Positions 50,055 through 64,000 of a DNA stretch of 64,000 bases are shown one piece after another. Both the position numbers and the translations under genes were made by a program. Position 1 is the stretch's first letter. Each line of letters starts with the position of its first letter. The notes below the pieces were generated by a model. It did no database searches. It saw nothing but the letters and a program-made list of their open reading frames with translations, and was not told the DNA's origin. The DNA is from Escherichia coli (GTDB lineage: Bacteria; Pseudomonadota; Gammaproteobacteria; Enterobacterales; Enterobacteriaceae): NCBI RefSeq assembly GCF_044324875.1, contig NZ_CP172185.1, one strand, 5' to 3'.

Positions 50055-51509
50055 TTACCGGAACGGCGGCTCATTAAATGTTCGTAATTTACGTGAATGC
50101 AGTCGGTCGCCTTCTGCGCGCAGCAAATCGATCGCCCGAATGCCAATTTGCAGGTGTTCGGAAATAGCGCCTTCATAAAAACGGTTAGCCTGACCGGGAA
50201 GTTTAATCTCACCATGCAACGGTTTATCTGAAACACACAGTAGTGTCCCGTATGGCACGCGGAAACGATATCCTTGCGCGGCAATGGTTGCACTTTCCAT
50301 ATCAATTGCTACGGCCCGGCTTAAGTTAAAACGAAGTGCAGAAGCTGAGTAACGTAATTCCCAGTTCCTGTCATCTGTGGTTACCACAGTGCCAGTACGT
50401 AGCCGCTGTTTAACTTCCTCACCGGGCCTGCCGCTGACTAACTTGGTAGCGTCATAAAGCGCACGTTGCACTTCAGCAATGCTCGGAATAGGAATATCGG
50501 GCGGCAGTACCGCATCAAGAACGTGGTCATCGCGTAAATAAGCGTGTGCAAGTACATAATCTCCAATGGCCTGGCTTTCACGTAAGCCACCACAGTGACC
50601 AATCATCAACCAGACATCCGGGCGTAGCACCGCCAGATGATCGCAGATGGTTTTAGCATTTGACGGTCCCACGCCAATATTCACCAGAGTAATACCCTGA
50701 CCATCGGCGGTAATTAAATGCCATGCTGGCATCTGGTGTTTTTTCCATGCAAGGTCGGAAATGGCTTCTTCTGGCGCTTCGGTTTCGGCGGTGATCCAGT
50801 TCCCGCCAGCACAAGAAAGGGCAATGTAGGGACTATCAGGGTCGAGGATCTGGCTGCATCCCCAACGAACGAATTCATCCACATAACGTGTGTAGTTGGT
50901 AAACAAGACGAACGGCTGAAAATGTTCAACTGGCGTACCGGTATAATGGCGCAACCGCGCGAGGGAAAAATCGACGCGGCGCGCATCAAAATGCGATAGC
51001 GGGGAGAATTCAGTTGGATGATAAATGCCGTCTGCAGTTTCATCGCCAATTTGCGCCAGTTCTGTTGTCGGGAAATAGCGAGTTAACCCAGCGCTCATTG
51101 AGCGATCAAGTGTCAATTCAGAGCCATCGATGACATAAGGATAAGGGATTTCATGCTGCGAGGGTTGCACCGAGATATGCGCACCATAATCCTGATACAG
51201 CAACGTAAGTTGTTCATTGAGATACGAACGAAAGAGAGTAGGGCGAGTAATCGTGGTGGTGTAGCTGCCTGCGTGGGTAAAACGACCAAATGCGCGCGTT
51301 TTGGGGGGATTGGTTGTGCTACCGTCCCAGGTTACGGTCAGTGATGGATAGACAAAAAGACCTTGTTTGCGGGCGTTTTCATCAGGTAATTCGCCACTTG
51401 TAATATATTTGCCAATGGCGTTGCGTAATGCGACTACAGATTGCTCATACAGCGCGTCGAGTTTATCCAGTGCCTGAGCTGGGGTCAGACCGGAGCCCTT
51501 ATTATTCAT
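50055..51509 (-). CDS. amn: AMP nucleosidase
   Basis: ORF from 51614; start placed at MNNKGSGLTPAQALDKLDALYEQSV... Confidence 0.9.
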   Translation of the reverse strand: MNNKGSGLTPAQALDKLDALYEQSVVALRNAIGKYITSGELPDENARKQGLFVYPSLTVTWDGSTTNPPKTRAFGRFTHAGSYTTTITRPTLFRSYLNEQLTLLYQDYGAHISVQPSQHEIPYPYVIDGSELTLDRSMSAGLTRYFPTTELAQIGDETADGIYHPTEFSPLSHFDARRVDFSLARLRHYTGTPVEHFQPFVLFTNYTRYVDEFVRWGCSQILDPDSPYIALSCAGGNWITAETEAPEEAISDLAWKKHQMPAWHLITADGQGITLVNIGVGPSNAKTICDHLAVLRPDVWLMIGHCGGLRESQAIGDYVLAHAYLRDDHVLDAVLPPDIPIPSIAEVQRALYDATKLVSGRPGEEVKQRLRTGTVVTTDDRNWELRYSASALRFNLSRAVAIDMESATIAAQGYRFRVPYGTLLCVSDKPLHGEIKLPGQANRFYEGAISEHLQIGIRAIDLLRAEGDRLHSRKLRTFNEPPFR

Positions 51510-51610
51510 GTGTGTCTCCTGTTCCATACAATTACCGCACATCCGATAGTATGTCACAGAAATGTGAAACAAAAGTGTAAGGCGAAGATCGGATGATCTT
51601 CGCCAGACTA

Positions 51611-52927
51611 TCAAGCGCGTAGATTATCTTTCATCAACAAAGCGGTCATTGCGGAAATCAGGCATCCAGCCAGCAAATAAATGGCGACGCTATGCCAGTT
51701 CCCGGCAAAGTAAGTGATGAGTGCAGCGGCAATAAAAGGTGTAAATCCACCGCCAACCACACTGGCAACCTGATAACCGACTCCTGCACCACTATAGCGA
51801 TAACTGGCACCAAACATTTCGGTAAACATCGGTTGTTGCACACACACCACCATGTCATGCGCAATGTTTGCCAGCATTATGGAGAAGAAAACTATCCAGA
51901 AAATAGATTGTGTTTCAAGCGCCATAAAGAAAGGAAATGCGCTCAACGTTCCGATTAACGCGCCTGTGATATAAACCCTGCGGCGACCAAAACGATCGGC
52001 AAGCCAGGCAAAACAGGGAATGGTCAGGCAGCTTAATCCACCTACCAGCAAACCAATATTAAGGAAAAGTTCGCGCGGTAACCCCATATTCTGGGTTGAA
52101 TAATTAAGTGCGAAGGCGGTAACGATGTACATCGTCAGCAACTCGCACAGTCGTAGCGCAATAATCTTCAGGAAAGCACCGGGATGTCGTAATAGTGCTT
52201 CGATAACCGGAATGCGTTTTTTCGCGGCCGCTTGATTATGTTGCTGTTGTTCGAATTCCGCGGACTCCTCCATGCCATTACGCACCCACAATGCTCCCAG
52301 TACCAGTACGATGCTAAACAGGAAAGGAATGCGCCAGCCCCAGCTTAAAAACTGTTCGTCAGTCGTCATCATACTGATCAATGAAACCAGTCCAGTTGAA
52401 AGCAGTAAACCTACACCGTAGCCAACTTGTACACCGCTACTGTAAAAGGCTTTTTTATTTTTCGGTGCACTTTCAACGGAAAGTAACGCTGCGCCTCCCC
52501 ATTCGCCGCCGACGGCAAATCCCTGTATGGCACGCAGCGTCACCAGTAAAATGGGGGCCCACCACCCAATGGTCGAGAAGGAAGGAAGAATACCAATCAA
52601 GGCTGTCGCGATGCCCATCATCCAGACGGTCAGCATTAACATGCGCTTACGTCCCAGCCGGTCGCCAAAGTGACCGAAAATGACACCGCCGAGCGGACGG
52701 AAAAGGAATCCGACGCCAAAGGTGGCAAATGCGGCGAGCGTTCCCATAGCCGGGCTTACTTGCGGGAAAAACTCGCGATTAAACACCAGTGCGGCGGTAA
52801 TGCCATAGAGTAAAAAATCATACCAGTCGACGACGGCACCAGCGAAACTGCCTAACGCAGCTCGTCGGGCGCGACTTAACGAAAGCGTCCCTTCATCGGG
52901 ACGAGTGGAGATGAGCGTGGAGTCCAT
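51611..52927 (-). CDS. shiA: shikimate:H+ symporter (MFS)
   Basis: 438-aa ORF MDSTLISTRPDEGTLSLSRARRAALGSFAGAVVDWYDFLLYG... Confidence 0.9.
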   Translation of the reverse strand: MDSTLISTRPDEGTLSLSRARRAALGSFAGAVVDWYDFLLYGITAALVFNREFFPQVSPAMGTLAAFATFGVGFLFRPLGGVIFGHFGDRLGRKRMLMLTVWMMGIATALIGILPSFSTIGWWAPILLVTLRAIQGFAVGGEWGGAALLSVESAPKNKKAFYSSGVQVGYGVGLLLSTGLVSLISMMTTDEQFLSWGWRIPFLFSIVLVLGALWVRNGMEESAEFEQQQHNQAAAKKRIPVIEALLRHPGAFLKIIALRLCELLTMYIVTAFALNYSTQNMGLPRELFLNIGLLVGGLSCLTIPCFAWLADRFGRRRVYITGALIGTLSAFPFFMALETQSIFWIVFFSIMLANIAHDMVVCVQQPMFTEMFGASYRYSGAGVGYQVASVVGGGFTPFIAAALITYFAGNWHSVAIYLLAGCLISAMTALLMKDNLRA

Positions 52928-53241
52928 AATGATCCTGTTTGTACTGTCTTTTTATAATTAGTATGGAAAAGGTAACTCACATTGCCGTCGATCTATAAAC
53001 GAACCTTATGAGACTACCTCGACAGAGCGCATCTGCAAATGATTTTATGGCTGATTAACGGCAACATGAAAAATTCGCTGGAAGATGAAAGTACAGGAGT
53101 TGCTGGTGTTGTTTAAGGATTAAGCAGAGCACCCACAGGTTCGAGATATGAAACATAAAAGTCCGCATATGCACAAAATGGCACCCTGATGAGTCTGATA
53201 GACTGCATTGCATTATAACCAGTAGGGAGGCGAGGTTAATT

Positions 53242-54294
53242 ATGTTTTTAGCATCATTGTTGAGACGTATTGCATTTAGTTACTACGATTATAAAGCTAA
53301 TAATTTCAATATTGGAAAAACAGAGTTTGTTGTCATCCATATTCCCGATCAAATTGGCGATGCTATGGCCATCTTTCCAGTTATTCGGGCGCTTGAACTG
53401 CATAAAATTAAGCATCTTTTAATTGTTACTTCGACTATTAATTTAGAAGTCTTTAATGCGCTCAAACTTGAACAGACTAAATTAACATTAGTCACAATGA
53501 CTATGCAGGATCACGCAACATTAAAAGAAATAAAAGATTTAGCGAAGAACATAACACAGCAATACGGTACGCCGGATCTTTGTATAGAGGCGATGCGTAA
53601 AAAGAACCTGAAAACAATGTTATTTATCAGTCAGTTGAAAGCAAAAACGAATTTTCAGGTTGTCGGTTTAACCATGAAGTGCTATTCCCCTTTGTGTAAG
53701 ACTGCGTCCCGGATGGATCAGAATCTCCGGGCTCCCGTACCCATGACATGGGCATTTATGATGCGTGAGGCGGGTTTTCCAGCAGTCAGGCCAATATATG
53801 AATTGCCATTAAGCGAGGATGCACTCGATGAGGTGCGCGAGGAAATGCGATCGTTAGGATCTTACATTGCGCTTAATTTAGAAGGTAGCTCGCAGGAGCG
53901 TACATTTTCATTATCGATTGCAGAAAATCTAATAGCAAAAATTCAAAGTGAAACAGATATACCAATAGTGATCGTTCATGGACCCAAAGGGGAAGATAAA
54001 GCCAGGGAACTAGTGAATAGTTATAATAATGTCTACCGTTTATCCTTGTCACCCTCGATTAAACGTTCAGCAGCAATCATAAAAGATGCTTATATCGCAA
54101 TAACACCTGACACCTCAATATTACATATGGCAAGTGCCTATAATACCCCCGTTGTTGCAATTTATGCTGATTACAAAACGCGATGGCCCGCAATGGCCGA
54201 TGTCTCGGAGTCAGTCGTCGTTGGGCAAAAAATTGACAATATAAGTCTGGATGAATTCGCAAAGGCATTAAAAAGTGTTTTGGCGAGAATATGA
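53242..54294 (+). CDS. yeeL: glycosyltransferase family 9 (heptosyltransferase-like) protein, intact
   Basis: 350-aa uninterrupted ORF between shiA and yeeJ. Recalled K-12 synteny places the yeeL pseudogene here. Confidence 0.65.
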   Translation: MFLASLLRRIAFSYYDYKANNFNIGKTEFVVIHIPDQIGDAMAIFPVIRALELHKIKHLLIVTSTINLEVFNALKLEQTKLTLVTMTMQDHATLKEIKDLAKNITQQYGTPDLCIEAMRKKNLKTMLFISQLKAKTNFQVVGLTMKCYSPLCKTASRMDQNLRAPVPMTWAFMMREAGFPAVRPIYELPLSEDALDEVREEMRSLGSYIALNLEGSSQERTFSLSIAENLIAKIQSETDIPIVIVHGPKGEDKARELVNSYNNVYRLSLSPSIKRSAAIIKDAYIAITPDTSILHMASAYNTPVVAIYADYKTRWPAMADVSESVVVGQKIDNISLDEFAKALKSVLARI

Positions 54295-54873
54295 GGCAGT
54301 ATTTATGCATATTAATGCCGATCTGTTATGAACGGTGGTGTCATCAATACTCTGTGGCTGGTCAATCATTACAGAAAGCCAGTCTTTGGAGCAAAGCTGT
54401 ACTCACCGGATACGATCATAGTCACATCGAACGCGATTCTGGCGGAACCAAAACATTGTAATGTATTTCACCATCATAAATAAGGCAATCTAAACTTTAA
54501 CTCCCGTTAACTGCCATACATTATTATGAGTGGCGCTGATGTAATTTGTAATAGTGAAATATGAATTAATGTTGTTTGTACGTCCTAACATATCTTCCTT
54601 CTTGATGTAATTAGCTAAACATTAACGTGATTTGACTACATAGCAACAATGGTAGCTATCAAAAATAGCTCATGTACTTCGTTTCCTGCTGGCATGGAAC
54701 AGGTGGTTATATCGTGTGTGAAAGCTTTTATAAAAAGTAAGGAGGCTCGACTATCTTTAAACTAACAGGGGGTATGGGAAAATGCAGGTATATTAATGGA
54801 GCGTTTGACAGCAAACGAATATAAAAGCAGAGCGCCCCGAATGGAGCACTCTGTAAGAAAATATAGCGAAAAA

Positions 54874-63489
<8,616 letters not shown>

Positions 63490-63801
63490 GCTTACCTTCC
63501 CTGAACGAGCTAACATAAATGCGCCCTTTCTAGCACAGCGAAAAAAAGTAAATCCTGATAGCAATATGATTGAAAATTAATAACTTTTCGTTAAGCAGTT
63601 TTGGGTGTGAGTTGCAAGGGGGAGACTACTGAATTACTCAAGTTTTATAATCGAGGGGAAAATGGTGATGGCGTCCATAGCAAAACGCCCTCAACCATTA
63701 AGGTCGAGGGCGCTTAAGATGTCAAAAACCCGCTATCCGTTAAAAAGCAATGCTCAACTAAGGTCAGTGACATTGGGCTAAAAAAGCGAATTTTTAGAAT
63801 T

Positions 63802-63877
63802 TGGCTCCTCTGACTGGACTCGAACCAGTGACATACGGATTAACAGTCCGCCGTTCTACCGACTGAACTACAGAGGA
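63802..63877 (-). tRNA. asnT: tRNA-Asn (GUU)
   Basis: Identical 76-nt tRNA-Asn sequence, reverse strand, upstream of yeeJ. Confidence 0.95.
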
Positions 63878-64000
63878 ATCGTGTGAACGGGGCGCATATT
63901 ACTTAGCGGTACCTTGTCTGTCAACACTAAATTTCATAAGTCATTTCAATTGGTTAATTAATCTGCAAAGTTGTTAATTAATGAACATTCGTCGTCGAAA

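Overview
This window reads as an Escherichia coli-type chromosomal segment running from the 3' end of gnd through ugd and wzzB, the complete his operon on the minus strand (hisL leader and attenuator through hisI), yefM-yoeB, yeeZ, yeeY, plaP, yeeE, yeeD, sbcB, dacD, sbmC, yeeA and yeeX. A 19-gene propanediol-utilisation microcompartment operon (pduA to pduV, minus strand) follows, with divergent pduF and pocR, then a cobalamin riboswitch, an uncharacterised ORF, cobUST, ldtA/erfK, nac, cbl, yeeO, yeeN, amn, shiA, an intact yeeL and a very large yeeJ inverse-autotransporter adhesin. Four identical tRNA-Asn genes are interspersed. The most notable element is a 1279-bp IS110-family insertion (IS621-like) between wzzB and hisI, inserted at the CT core of a REP element. 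Its 192-nt non-coding left end contains copies of both the flanking target sequence and the element's own end sequence, the arrangement expected of a bridge (guide) RNA, and the two ends would form a near-consensus sigma70 promoter only when joined in a circle. Other points of interest: pdu genes sit where K-12 carries the CP4-44 prophage, with pduW/pduX and all cbi genes absent; the B12 riboswitch is retained in front of an orphan ORF and cobUST; yeeJ contains three near-identical 609-bp tandem repeats; yeeL is intact. All gene identities come from reading translated ORFs and recalled family and K-12 knowledge; no database search was run.
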